This document shows positions 38,272 through 46,965 of a stretch of 64,000 nt of DNA, piece after piece (position 1 is the stretch's first letter; each line of letters starts with the position of its first letter). Below the pieces are notes generated by a model. That model searched no databases, was not told where the DNA came from, and worked only from the letters and a program-made list of their open reading frames with translations. Made by a program: the position numbers and the translations under genes. Origin of the DNA: a virus. Location of the stretch: the IMG/VR virus record IMGVR_UViG_3300036861_000995; one strand, given 5' to 3'.

Positions 38272-38814
38272 CTAGCGACCCTCTCCGGCGGTGGCGGCCG
38301 AGGGGCCGCGCCACGTCGTCGAGTCCGACAGGTCGAATCCCTCGGGCAGCCCTAAGCCATCCGGTGGGTAGTTCACCAGGGTCTCGAGCGTTTCCCGCAC
38401 GTCCGCCCGCATGGCGTAGTAGGCCCGCGCGCCGACGTCCGCCCGGGCCTCGCCCGTCTCCTCCTCCAGCGCGTCCTCATTGTTGGACGCCAGTAGCGCG
38501 CACTTCGCCTTGTGGGTGTAGATCACGACGTCGCTCTGGTCGATCGTCTCGTGGAGCCACTGTTCCAGCGCATCCTCGTCCTCGAGCTCGCCCGAGAGAA
38601 TCTGCCCCAGCGCATCCTCGGTCACGTCCCGCACTCGCCCGTAGTACCAGGCGCGCAGCCGAGACGCGGCCAGCGAGAGGAGATCCTCCTCCCCGTGCTC
38701 GCTCGCGATCCGCTCGGCAAGTTGCGGACCCGGCGCCTCTGACCTGCGGAGGCGATCGAGGATCGTCTCGCGCTCCTCGTCCGATAGCTGTATGTGATAG
38801 TGTCTCGTTCCCAT
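38272..38814 (-). CDS. strongly acidic 180-aa protein; candidate DNA-mimic / anti-restriction-type protein (inference)
   Basis: Very high Asp/Glu content (EDEDALEQWLHETIDQSD, EDALEEETGE...); early operon; conserved GGGAGCCTAGAGC RBS motif and structured leader. Confidence 0.55.
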   Translation of the reverse strand: MGTRHYHIQLSDEERETILDRLRRSEAPGPQLAERIASEHGEEDLLSLAASRLRAWYYGRVRDVTEDALGQILSGELEDEDALEQWLHETIDQSDVVIYTHKAKCALLASNNEDALEEETGEARADVGARAYYAMRADVRETLETLVNYPPDGLGLPEGFDLSDSTTWRGPSAATAGEGR

Positions 38815-38844
38815 GCTCTAGGCTCCCTTCGTCCCTAGGCTCCC

Positions 38845-38878
38845 GCGGTAGGTGCCGCCCACCGGGGAGCCTAGACCT
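38845..38878 (-). promoter_or_regulatory. perfect 10-bp stem hairpin (CCGCCCACCG...CGGTGGGCGG) in the leader of the acidic-protein gene; the ~15-nt loop contains another GTCTAGGCTCC copy
   Basis: Read directly; three GGAGCCTAG copies between 38815 and 38870. Confidence 0.4.
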
Positions 38879-38936
38879 CGGTGGGCGGCCGGCTTCGGGT
38901 TTGACCCTTAGCCCTGTCGGCATCGTATCGTCTTGG

Positions 38937-39542
38937 TCAGGCCTCCGGCTTGCTCGAATCCTGCTTTTCCGGCGCTGGGTAGCGCTCGGGATTCAGCGAC
39001 CATGCCCCGAAGTCGCTCGACGCAACGCTCGCCTTGATCCAGCCCGGGAGCGAGACACCCGGAGGCAAGTCATCCGACAGACCGACCCCACTCCCGAGCG
39101 CTTGCATCGCCAGGCAGTGCGCGAAGCGCTCCCCGCCAGAATAGTAGGTGTGCAACGTCGCCGCGTACTCGATGGGGTGTAGTTTGCCGTGGGCGCCGGT
39201 GAAGCCGGCCGGTGGCGCGCACTCTGACGATGCGTCGCGAGCTCGCTCGTCGAACGCGTCCACGATCCGCCGCGCCTCCCTCTCCGCGTCCGGGTCCTGC
39301 ATGTAGAGGATGCCCTTCCCGTTGCATGTCGGACATCTCCTCTCGTCTAGGCCGACATCACCTAGATAGGTTCTCCCGTCGCATTCCGCGCAGAAAAGCC
39401 ACGAGAGAGGAGCTACGTCTTCCCAATCGCCCCCGCCCCCGGGCTTGTTTCCTTTGATCTCTCCCGACTCCACCCCATCCGCCCACGCGCACATGAATAG
39501 GGTCCGGGCAACGTCCTGAATGATCTCCTCTCGAGTGGCCAC
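38937..39542 (-). CDS. zinc-ribbon-containing protein (201 aa, CAECDG...CPTCNGKG)
   Basis: ORF with codon bias; CxxC...CxxC. Confidence 0.5.
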   Translation of the reverse strand: MATREEIIQDVARTLFMCAWADGVESGEIKGNKPGGGGDWEDVAPLSWLFCAECDGRTYLGDVGLDERRCPTCNGKGILYMQDPDAEREARRIVDAFDERARDASSECAPPAGFTGAHGKLHPIEYAATLHTYYSGGERFAHCLAMQALGSGVGLSDDLPPGVSLPGWIKASVASSDFGAWSLNPERYPAPEKQDSSKPEA

Positions 39543-39543
39543 G

Positions 39544-39816
39544 CTACAGCTCCTCCCCCGCGAGCACGCGGCATCCCGCCGTCGCCCGAGAGTACTCGTC
39601 GAAGTCCGAGACCCCGAGAGGCTCGATCCCCGCGAGCGACGCCAGCTTGTGGGCGAATAGGACGGAGATCGGGTGGCGCGCGAGCTCCTTAGTCCCGAGC
39701 TGCAGCTCCATCCTCAGGGCCATCAGGGCCTCCACGTACGACCGCGCGACTCCCGACACGTTGCACGCATCCTGTACCTGCAGCGCGTCCCGCGCCGCCT
39801 GCCTCACCTTCGACAT
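39544..39816 (-). CDS. first gene of leftward early operon (90 aa), possible small DNA-binding regulator (Cro/CI-like by position)
   Basis: ATG with GAAGGGAGCCTAGA RBS motif and CCGATATAGTGG motif 44 nt upstream; borders divergent regulatory region. Confidence 0.5.
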   Translation of the reverse strand: MSKVRQAARDALQVQDACNVSGVARSYVEALMALRMELQLGTKELARHPISVLFAHKLASLAGIEPLGVSDFDEYSRATAGCRVLAGEEL

Positions 39817-39859
39817 TCTAGGCTCCCTTCGTCTGGGCCGGGGAGTATCCCCCGACGAA

Positions 39860-39871
39860 CCACTATATCGG
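39860..39871 (-). promoter_or_regulatory. conserved motif copy 3 (CCGATATAGTGG)
   Basis: 44 nt upstream of ATG 39816. Confidence 0.45.
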
Positions 39872-40280
39872 CCGCTACCTGGGCGGGTCGGGGGAAAATG
39901 GAGGATTCGCCCCGGGAAGAAGAAATCGGGACGCCCGGCCGGCGGCAGGAGTCGTGCCGTGGGGAGGCCGGGCGCCCGATCGCTCGCGGAGTGCGTCTTC
40001 CTAGGGGTCCCTCCGCGAACACCCCCAGACTACCCCGACCTGTCGTCGGAGGGGGCCGAATCCGCGATCCCCCACCGAAGGGCCGAGCGCCCTCGTTCCC
40101 TTCTCGAGCGCCGGCGCCAGGCCATCCCGCGATTGCAGAGGCGTGCTAGGGCCCCACGAGCTCGCCAGCTCGAGAGGCCGGAGGCTCGCCGGATCCACGC
40201 CAGAGCCACCCCAGAGGGCCCCGCGACCTCGAGGACGGAGAGTATTGCGTCCTCGTCAGCCCTGGCTCGAGCCCCAATCC

Positions 40281-40425
40281 CTATTCGGCATTCGGCACCC
40301 TCGGCCCCAGAATCTCCATTCGGCATTCGGCACCCTACGGTCGTAGGGGCGCAACGCTACCACGAATCAGCATTCGGCACTCGAGCAATACCTTAGTAAC
40401 TAGCATTTCGATCTACATTCGGCAC
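40281..40425. repeat. direct-repeat (iteron/operator) array: CATTCGGCAC x4 positions, two as 20-bp doublets (ATTCGGCATTCGGCACCCT)
   Basis: Copies at ~40283, 40317, 40371, 40416 in the divergent intergenic region upstream of the rightward operon. Confidence 0.6.
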
Positions 40426-40519
40426 CCGTGGCACGACGAAGCACAGCGTCGCACGCTGGACGGTGATTGTGCCGTCCGGCGTAAGATGAAAACTTTTACC
40501 TTAGATTGGAGCCAACCGA

Positions 40520-40717
40520 ATGAAGAATCGAATCAACGAGGACCAGGACCGAGAGCCCAGCATCCGCCGGGACCACTACGATGCCCTCGAGGACGAGGTG
40601 GCGAGCATCATGGGAGAGCTCGGGGTCGCGCCGAAGCCGCCGCTGCCCAGGCGGGACCGCCAGCGCATCAGGGGCTTCATCGTGATCTTCGATCACGAGA
40701 AGAAGGAGGCAGCCTGA
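40520..40717 (+). CDS. small charged protein (65 aa), first gene of rightward operon
   Basis: GGAG RBS 8 nt upstream; stop overlaps next ATG (TGATG). Confidence 0.45.
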   Translation: MKNRINEDQDREPSIRRDHYDALEDEVASIMGELGVAPKPPLPRRDRQRIRGFIVIFDHEKKEAA

Positions 40718-41502
40718 TGAGCCCCTACCACTGGCTGGCGGTGCTCGCCGCTCTCTCCCCCTGCTGCTCGACCTCGTCGAAGCTGCGGGCGTCTGCCGGG
40801 ATTCCCGGCGTCGCCTCGATCGACTACGAGGGCAGCTCGAGCGGGTCGGGCGCGGGGGGCGACGGAGAGGTCTGTTACCTCCTGACGTTCTTCGACGAGG
40901 ACGGGGACCAGATCGGCCCCCCGATCATGGGTGGAGACCTACCGATCGGCGCCCCGGTACCGAAGGGATCCAAGTCCGTGACCGTGACGGAGGTGCCCTG
41001 CCCCGACAAGGAGAAGCCGAGCCCGGACGATCGGGAGCAGCTCGTAGTCTCTCCGATACGACTAGCGCTGATCGCGCCGGCGGCGGAGCTCGACGGGTTT
41101 CGCGATCGCTTCGCCGCGATCTCGGCGCCCGAGGCGGAGCTCGGACGCGTGACCGAGGAGCTCCGGAAGGGCTGGATGTACCTTCCTCCCCCGAGCGGGG
41201 CGGAGGTGCACTACGCCTTCTTCGTCTCGGCGGTCTCGGACGGTCTCCTGATCGTGCTCGGGAGCGACGAGCGCATGGAGAGGCTGGACCTCCTTTTCAA
41301 CGGTCACCGGCACGTGCTGCGGCAGCAGTTCCACGGCGGCGGCTGGTACAGGACGCTGGTCCTCGTCCCGTGGAGCGAGGTCGACCGGACCCTCAGGGCC
41401 GGCCGCAACGACCTCAGCTTCACGCTCGACACCGAGGAGGAGCAGGGCCTGCGGTTCGAGGGCTCGTACGAGTGGCCGGCACCGGGGCCGATGAACGACT
41501 GA
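40717..41502 (+). CDS. secreted/membrane-anchored protein (261 aa); candidate superinfection-exclusion or lysogenic-conversion protein
   Basis: AAGGAGG RBS; N-terminal signal-like hydrophobic segment with Cys pair; followed by strong terminator. Confidence 0.55.
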   Translation: MSPYHWLAVLAALSPCCSTSSKLRASAGIPGVASIDYEGSSSGSGAGGDGEVCYLLTFFDEDGDQIGPPIMGGDLPIGAPVPKGSKSVTVTEVPCPDKEKPSPDDREQLVVSPIRLALIAPAAELDGFRDRFAAISAPEAELGRVTEELRKGWMYLPPPSGAEVHYAFFVSAVSDGLLIVLGSDERMERLDLLFNGHRHVLRQQFHGGGWYRTLVLVPWSEVDRTLRAGRNDLSFTLDTEEEQGLRFEGSYEWPAPGPMND

Positions 41503-41524
41503 CAGGGTGGCGACTCGGCCCCCA

Positions 41525-41558
41525 GGACCCCCGCCCGCGCGGGGGTCCTTCTTTTTTT
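41525..41558 (+). terminator. rho-independent terminator (GGACCCCCGC-CCGC-GCGGGGGTCC then TTCTTTTTTT)
   Basis: Read directly. Confidence 0.8.
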
Positions 41559-41598
41559 GGCTAAAGCATCTGCCTCCGTCGTCCGACGATGGAGACTG

Positions 41599-41784
41599 AT
41601 GAGACCCCTACTCCGAGCCCGAGAGGCCGCCGTGCTCCTGTCGATCTCGCCGCGAAAGCTCTGGGAGCTCACCAATCGAGGAGTCATACCCTCGATCCGC
41701 ATAGGACGGTCCCTGCGCTACCGGCACGAGGACCTCCGCGCGTGGGCAGAGCGCCAGGCCAGCGAGAGGAGGAAGACGGGCTAG
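41599..41784 (+). CDS. xis: excisionase / AlpA-like HTH protein
   Basis: LLSISPRKLWELTNRGVIPSIRIGRSLRYRHEDLRAWAE is classic Xis/HTH_17; adjacent to integrase. Confidence 0.65.
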   Translation: MRPLLRAREAAVLLSISPRKLWELTNRGVIPSIRIGRSLRYRHEDLRAWAERQASERRKTG

Positions 41785-42116
41785 ACCCTCAGCGAGTACC
41801 GCGTCCCCCGGCGTTCTCCGGTTCTCCGGATCTTCTTGTCGCTCCGCAACCTGTTGAGAGTTGGACGGAGGATGTCGGGGGTCGCGCCTAGAGCCTCTCC
41901 GATCTCGCTCGCCGCCACGCCGTCCGGGCGAGTCTGCAGGAAGGCGATGATCGACTCCTCCGACGGGGCCGACTCGGCCCGTCGCGGAGAGCGAGAGCCG
42001 CTCTCGAACGACAGCATCCCCCTGAGCTCCTCCACTATGCTGCGCCTGACGGCGAGCGAGAGCTTGCCGGCGAACTGAGTGATCTCGTGCTGGATGTAGT
42101 CGTCTAATTTGTTCAT
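41781..42116 (-). CDS. winged-helix transcriptional regulator (111 aa), candidate repressor
   Basis: GGAGAAAAC RBS; C-terminal wHTH-like segment; between xis and int. Confidence 0.55.
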   Translation of the reverse strand: MNKLDDYIQHEITQFAGKLSLAVRRSIVEELRGMLSFESGSRSPRRAESAPSEESIIAFLQTRPDGVAASEIGEALGATPDILRPTLNRLRSDKKIRRTGERRGTRYSLRV

Positions 42117-42169
42117 TCGGTGTTTTCTCCTTAGCCCTCGTGAGGCTTACGGCGATACCCTACCTGTCC

Positions 42170-43264
42170 ATGGCGTGGCTCTTCAAGCGGGACTCTAGGG
42201 GCCCCTACCTGGTGCGCTGGTACGACGAGCTCGGCCGAGTCAAGGAGCGCTCGTCGAGAACCACCGACCGAAGGGCGGCCGAGCGGATCGCAGCCCAGAT
42301 TCAGGCGAACGTCTCGCTGAGGCGCGAGGGCGTCGTCGATCCCGCCCTCGCTATGGTCGCGGAGGAGTCTCAGCGGCCCCTTCAGGAGCACGTCGACGAA
42401 TACCTCGCCCACCTCGAGCGCGGCCGGCGCTCGCCGCGAACGATCGCGGACGCGCGCCAGCACCTCGCGTGGCTCAGGGCGAGTACCCGTGCCACGCGCC
42501 TCTCCGACCTCACCCTCGACAAGGTGGAGCGTGCCCTGGGCCTTCTTCAGGCGGAGAACCTCTCCGCCAGGACGTTCAACCACAAGGCCGGATCGGCCAG
42601 GTCTTTCCTCAACTGGGCGGTCAAGGCCGGCCGACTCGAGCGAAACCCGCTTCGGCACCTGCCGCACCTCTCTGAGTCCCAGGACCGTCGCCGCGAGCGC
42701 CGACCGCTCGACGACGACGAGCTGGAGCGCCTCTTCGAAGTCGCTCGGGCCAGGGGCCGGGAACTCTGGTACGCCCTGGCCTACTGGGCCGGCCTCCGAC
42801 TCTCGGAGTTGAGGCGCCTCGCGTGGGAGGACCTAGACCTGGCGAGGGGAGTCCTGGTGGTGAGTCAGGGCAAGGCGCGGAGGGTGGATGAGGTTCCGGT
42901 CCACCCAGAGTTGGTCAGACTTCTAGAGGAGAGAGGCCGCGCCTTGCGGGGACCAGTCTTCCGGACGGCCGTCACCAATGCAACCAGAGTGAGGGATTTC
43001 CGCGCGGCCGGAATCGGAGTCAGGGACGGCCGCGTGGCCGACCTCCACTCCCTCCGAGTCACCCTGGCGACGAACCTGGCCCGCGCCGGCGTTCAGCCCC
43101 AGGTCGCCCAGCGCCTCCTGCGCCACTCCGACTACCGGACCACGGTCCGCTTCTACACCAAGCTCTCCTCCACGGATACTCGCGGGGCTCTCTCCCAGTT
43201 GCGAGTTCCTCACGCTAGACGACACCTACGGGAGCACGGTTCGGCGCGAGATGCTACATCCTAA
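42170..43264 (+). CDS. int: tyrosine recombinase / phage integrase
   Basis: N-terminus MAWLFKRDSRGPYLVRW; C-terminal catalytic HS-LRHT...Y region (LLRHSDYRTTVRFY); immediately followed by tRNA-derived sequence. Confidence 0.9.
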   Translation: MAWLFKRDSRGPYLVRWYDELGRVKERSSRTTDRRAAERIAAQIQANVSLRREGVVDPALAMVAEESQRPLQEHVDEYLAHLERGRRSPRTIADARQHLAWLRASTRATRLSDLTLDKVERALGLLQAENLSARTFNHKAGSARSFLNWAVKAGRLERNPLRHLPHLSESQDRRRERRPLDDDELERLFEVARARGRELWYALAYWAGLRLSELRRLAWEDLDLARGVLVVSQGKARRVDEVPVHPELVRLLEERGRALRGPVFRTAVTNATRVRDFRAAGIGVRDGRVADLHSLRVTLATNLARAGVQPQVAQRLLRHSDYRTTVRFYTKLSSTDTRGALSQLRVPHARRHLREHGSARDATS

Positions 43265-43307
43265 TGCGACGTAGGATGCGCTCTCGGCCCCGAGCGGGCC
43301 GAAAAGG

Positions 43308-43356
43308 TGGAGGCGGCAGTGGGATTCGAACCCACGATAGCGGATTTGCAATCCGC
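43308..43356 (-). tRNA. partial tRNA-Cys(GCA): anticodon stem-loop, variable loop, T-arm, acceptor 3' strand and CCA only; probable attP/att core
   Basis: Minus strand reads GCGGA-TTGCAAA-TCCGC TATC GTGGG-TTCGAAT-CCCAC TGCCGCC T CCA; no matching 5' acceptor strand or D-arm upstream. Confidence 0.55.
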
Positions 43357-43471
43357 GACCTCAGCGACGCAACTCCCATTCTGTAAACGACTTACGAAGC
43401 GACTCTATTCGATCCCCACGCCTAACGACATCTACTTGAAGCATCGCTCCTCATCGAATAGCACAGTCGGC

Positions 43472-43738
43472 GTGAGCGACCTCCCCTACCAGGTGCGCGG
43501 CTGGCATCCCAGCCTGGCCTCTCCGCCTCGCTCCGAGCTGTCCTTCCTGCGCGACTACGCGACGCTCGCCGGCGCGACCCGGAAGTTCGAGTCGCTCAGG
43601 GACGCGGGCCTCGCGGCGGCCGTCCTCGAGCGTCGAAGCGAGGACGGACTCGTGAAGCTCGTCGTGGTCCTCTCGTGGCACCCGGCCGAGCTGATGGCGC
43701 AGAAGCTCGGCCGCTTCCTTCGGGGACTGGGACGTTGA
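43472..43738 (+). CDS. small hypothetical protein (~88 aa) translationally coupled to helicase-methyltransferase
   Basis: GTG start; TTGA stop/start overlap with next gene. Confidence 0.3.
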   Translation: MSDLPYQVRGWHPSLASPPRSELSFLRDYATLAGATRKFESLRDAGLAAAVLERRSEDGLVKLVVVLSWHPAELMAQKLGRFLRGLGR

Positions 43739-45966
43739 GCGACTACGGAGCCTTCCTCTCCTCCAAGTCTCGGGAGGTCGAGCCCCATGGTCCGGAGCCG
43801 GGCTCAGTGCACCCCTCGCTCTTCCCGTTCCAGGCCGACCTGACCCGGGGCGCGATTCGTCGCGGTCGCGCCGCGGTGATGGCCGACACGGGCCTCGGGA
43901 AGACGAGAATCCAGGTCGAGTGGTCGCGCCTCGTGACCTCGGAGCGCGCGCTGATCCTGTGCCCGCTCGCTGTGGCTCGCCAGACCGCGCGCGAGGCGGC
44001 CCTCCTGGGCGTCGGCGCCACGGTCGCTCGAGACCGGGCGGAGGCCCTTCGCGGAGAGCGCCTGACGATCTCAACCTACGAGCGGCTCGCGAGGCTGGAC
44101 CCCGGCGACTACGACGCCGTCGCTCTCGACGAGTCGCAGATACTCAAGGCCTTCGGCGGAAGCACTCGTCGCGCCCTCATCGACGCCTTCGTCGGCACCC
44201 GCTACCGCCTCGCCTGCAGCGCGACGCCGGCCCCCAACGACGTTCTGGAGCTCGGGGGACACTCCGAGTTCCTCGGGGTGCTCCCCCACCGCTTGACGGT
44301 CGCCCGCTGGTTCGTGCCGGACAAGGCCCGCACCGGGAACCACCGCCTGAAGGGACACGCCGAGGCCGACTTCTGGTCCTGGGTCGCCTCCTGGGCTGCC
44401 GCTTGTCGCCGCCCCTCCGACATCGACCCCTCGTACGACGACTCCCCCTTCGAGCTGCCGGCCCTCGAGTGGTGGCACCACCCCCTTGGCCCCGAGCGCC
44501 CCTCCCCCTCGGCGACGCGCCTGTGGGCGGAGAAGCGCCTGACCCTGGCCGAGCGCTGCGAGCGCGCCGCCGAGATCGTCGCCTCGAGGCCGCGCCGTCC
44601 GTGGGTCGTCTGGTGCGACTCGAACGAGGAGAGTCGCCTGCTCGCGCGCCTCGTTCCGGGGGCCGTCGAGGTGCGCGGCGACATGCCGACGGAGTCGAAG
44701 GAGGAGCGGCTCCTCGCGTTCACGGACGGCGAGGCGCGGGCCATCGTCACCAAGGCGTCGATCGCCGGCCTCGGTCTCAACTGGCAGCACTGCTCGGACT
44801 TCGTCCTGGTCGGCCTGAACTACAGCTTCGAGCGCATGTACCAGCTCGCGCGGCGCCTCTGGCGCTTCGGCCAGTCCCGGACCGTCCGCGGGCACCTGGT
44901 CGTGGCCGGCGCAGAGCGCGGGGTCGTGGAGGCCCTCGAGCGGAAGAGGGAGGAGCACGAGCGCACGGCGGAGGAGATGGTGCTGGCTACTCGCCGCAGT
45001 CGAGTCCCGTCGTCCCCCGTCGAGCTGCCCGCGGCGTCGTCGGAGGTCGCCGAGGGTCCCGGCTGGCGGCTCCTGCTGGGCGACTCGGTGGAGGCTCTGC
45101 GGCAGGTCGAGGCAGGCTCGGTGGACCTCTCGATCTACTCGCCCCCGTTCGCTAACCTCTACGCCTACTCGGACGACCGGAGGGACATGGGGAACTCCGA
45201 GGGGCGAGAGCAGTTCCTCGAGCACTACCGCTTCCTGCTGCCGGAGCTGCTGCGCGTCACCCGTCCCGGGCGCCTGTGCGCCGTGCACTGCCGCGACCTG
45301 CCGCTCTACGCCCACCGCGACGGCCGGGCGGGGCTCTACGATTTTCCGGGCGCGCTGGTCCGTGAGCACGAGTCCGCGGGCTGGACGTTTCACTCCCGGA
45401 TCACGATTCGCAAGGATCCGAAGACCGAGGCCGTGCGAACGTGGAACCATGGCCTCCTCCACAAGAACTTCGCCGCGCGCGCCGAGGTCTGTCGCCAGGC
45501 TACGCCCGACCAGGTCCTTGTCTTCCGACTCTGGGCGAGGGACCAGGAGGGAGAGCATGTGCGCCACGACCTGGGTCAGCGATCCATCGAGGTCTGGCGC
45601 CGCTACGCCGAGCCGATCTGGACGGACATCGACGCCACCGACGTCCTTCCCTATCTCGGCGCCCGCGAGAAGCGCGACGAGCGCCACATAGCTCCGCTGC
45701 AGCTCGGAGTGGTTGAGCGCTGCGTCGAACTCTGGTCGAATCCGGGAGAGCTGGTCTTGTCACCGTTCGCCGGCGTTGGCAGCGAGCTCGTGGTTTCGAT
45801 TCGGCTCGCCAGAAGGGCCCTCGGCATCGAGCTCAAGCGATCGTACTGGGAGCAAGCGATCAGGAACCTCAGTTCAGGCACGGCGTCTCGCCGCGCACGT
45901 AGACGATCCGGTACTCCGCGCACGGCCGCGTCCGGTAGACGTGGAGCCGCAGGACGCTGCTCTTGA
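43736..45966 (+). CDS. fused SF2 helicase / DNA N6-adenine or N4-cytosine methyltransferase (~743 aa)
   Basis: N-terminal helicase motifs (ADTGLGKT, DESQ, SAT); C-terminal MTase motif IV SPPF and AdoMet-binding region (FAGVGSE). Confidence 0.8.
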
Positions 45967-46051
45967 ACTGCTCGGAGTACAGGACGACCCAGCCGCTGAG
46001 GCACGAGAGCGATTCGGCGCACCAGCAGTCACCGAGCGAATCCCAGTACAC

Positions 46052-46261
46052 CTACGGCCTCCTCAGGATGAGCAGCACCGATCGGTCGCCAAGCCTCTCG
46101 ACGGACACCACTTCCTGCCGAGTCGGTCGTCCGTAGGGTCGCGGCGACTCCGGGGTCGGCGCTGAATCCTCCCGGCGGCAGCCGAACGCGAGGAACGCGA
46201 GCACCAGCGTCGCCAGGCAGAGCAGGACGAGCGAGGTGAGGGATCGTAAGCGATTGTTCAT
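46052..46261 (-). CDS. small secreted/lipoprotein-like peptide (69 aa) coupled to serine recombinase (ATGA overlap)
   Basis: Hand translation MNNRLRSLTSLVLLCLATLVLAFLAFGC... Confidence 0.35.
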   Translation of the reverse strand: MNNRLRSLTSLVLLCLATLVLAFLAFGCRREDSAPTPESPRPYGRPTRQEVVSVERLGDRSVLLILRRP

Positions 46262-46887
46262 GCGGCCCTCCGGACCATCGAGCGCACGACCTTGGCCGAC
46301 CACCGGGCCCCGGTGACGGTGGCGTGTCCCTCGTCCGACAGCCGGGCGGCGATCGCGCGCAGCGACAGGCCCTGACCTCTCAGCTCCGCTGCGCGCGCGG
46401 CGGCGACAGGCGAGGAGGTCTCTCGGTAGGAGACGCGCAGGCCCCGCCGCGCCATGTGTCGCAGGACCTCGCTCGTGCGCTCCGCGATCTGGTCGCGCTC
46501 GAACTCGTCCAGAGCCGCGCGGAATCGGAAGAACAGTTTGCCGGTTGCGGTCGAGGTGTCGATCTTCTCGTTCAGCACGACGAGGTCGCAGCCGTCCGCC
46601 TCGAGCCGCGCGGCGAGATCGAGCATCCCTCTGGTGGAGCGCGCCACCCGGGACAGGGAGTAGGCCACCAGGGCCCCGCCCCTGCCGCACAGGGCCAGGG
46701 CTCGCGTCAGGCCTGGGCGGTCCATCCTGGTGCCCGTGCTCTCGTCGGGCTCGACCACGAGCTCCCGGCCGTCCCCGTGCAGCTCGTGCCAGGCCCGGAT
46801 CTTAGCCTCCTGGGCCTCCAGCGACATCCCGTCCCTGGCCATCTCCTCCTTGGAGACTCTCACATACCCGACGACTGTCTTCACCAT
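46258..46887 (-). CDS. serine recombinase (resolvase/invertase family, ~209 aa)
   Basis: N-terminal catalytic VVGYVRVSKEEMARDGMSLEAQ; C-terminal HTH; start at internal ATG MVKTVVGY. Confidence 0.8.
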   Translation of the reverse strand: MVKTVVGYVRVSKEEMARDGMSLEAQEAKIRAWHELHGDGRELVVEPDESTGTRMDRPGLTRALALCGRGGALVAYSLSRVARSTRGMLDLAARLEADGCDLVVLNEKIDTSTATGKLFFRFRAALDEFERDQIAERTSEVLRHMARRGLRVSYRETSSPVAAARAAELRGQGLSLRAIAARLSDEGHATVTGARWSAKVVRSMVRRAA

Positions 46888-46965
46888 GACGAACTCTATC
46901 GACCAGTCGAGGGCTCGGACTGCACCATCCTCCATATTCCCACGACGAGGAGGACCGACGGTAGG

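Noticed and set aside
40281-40425. CATTCGGCAC repeats considered as a CRISPR array
   Set aside because: Repeat units are only 10-20 bp, spacers are irregular (34/54/45 bp), and there are no cas genes. Fits iterons or operators instead.
43308-43400. Full-length tRNA gene
   Set aside because: No 5' acceptor strand complementary to TGCCGCC and no D-arm within 40 nt upstream. Only the 3' half is present, so it is an att core rather than a functional tRNA.
45869-46051. 60-aa Cys-rich ORF (MYWDSLGDCWCAE...) on the minus strand
   Set aside because: Lies antisense across the C-terminus of the helicase-methyltransferase gene. Half of it overlaps a well-supported gene.
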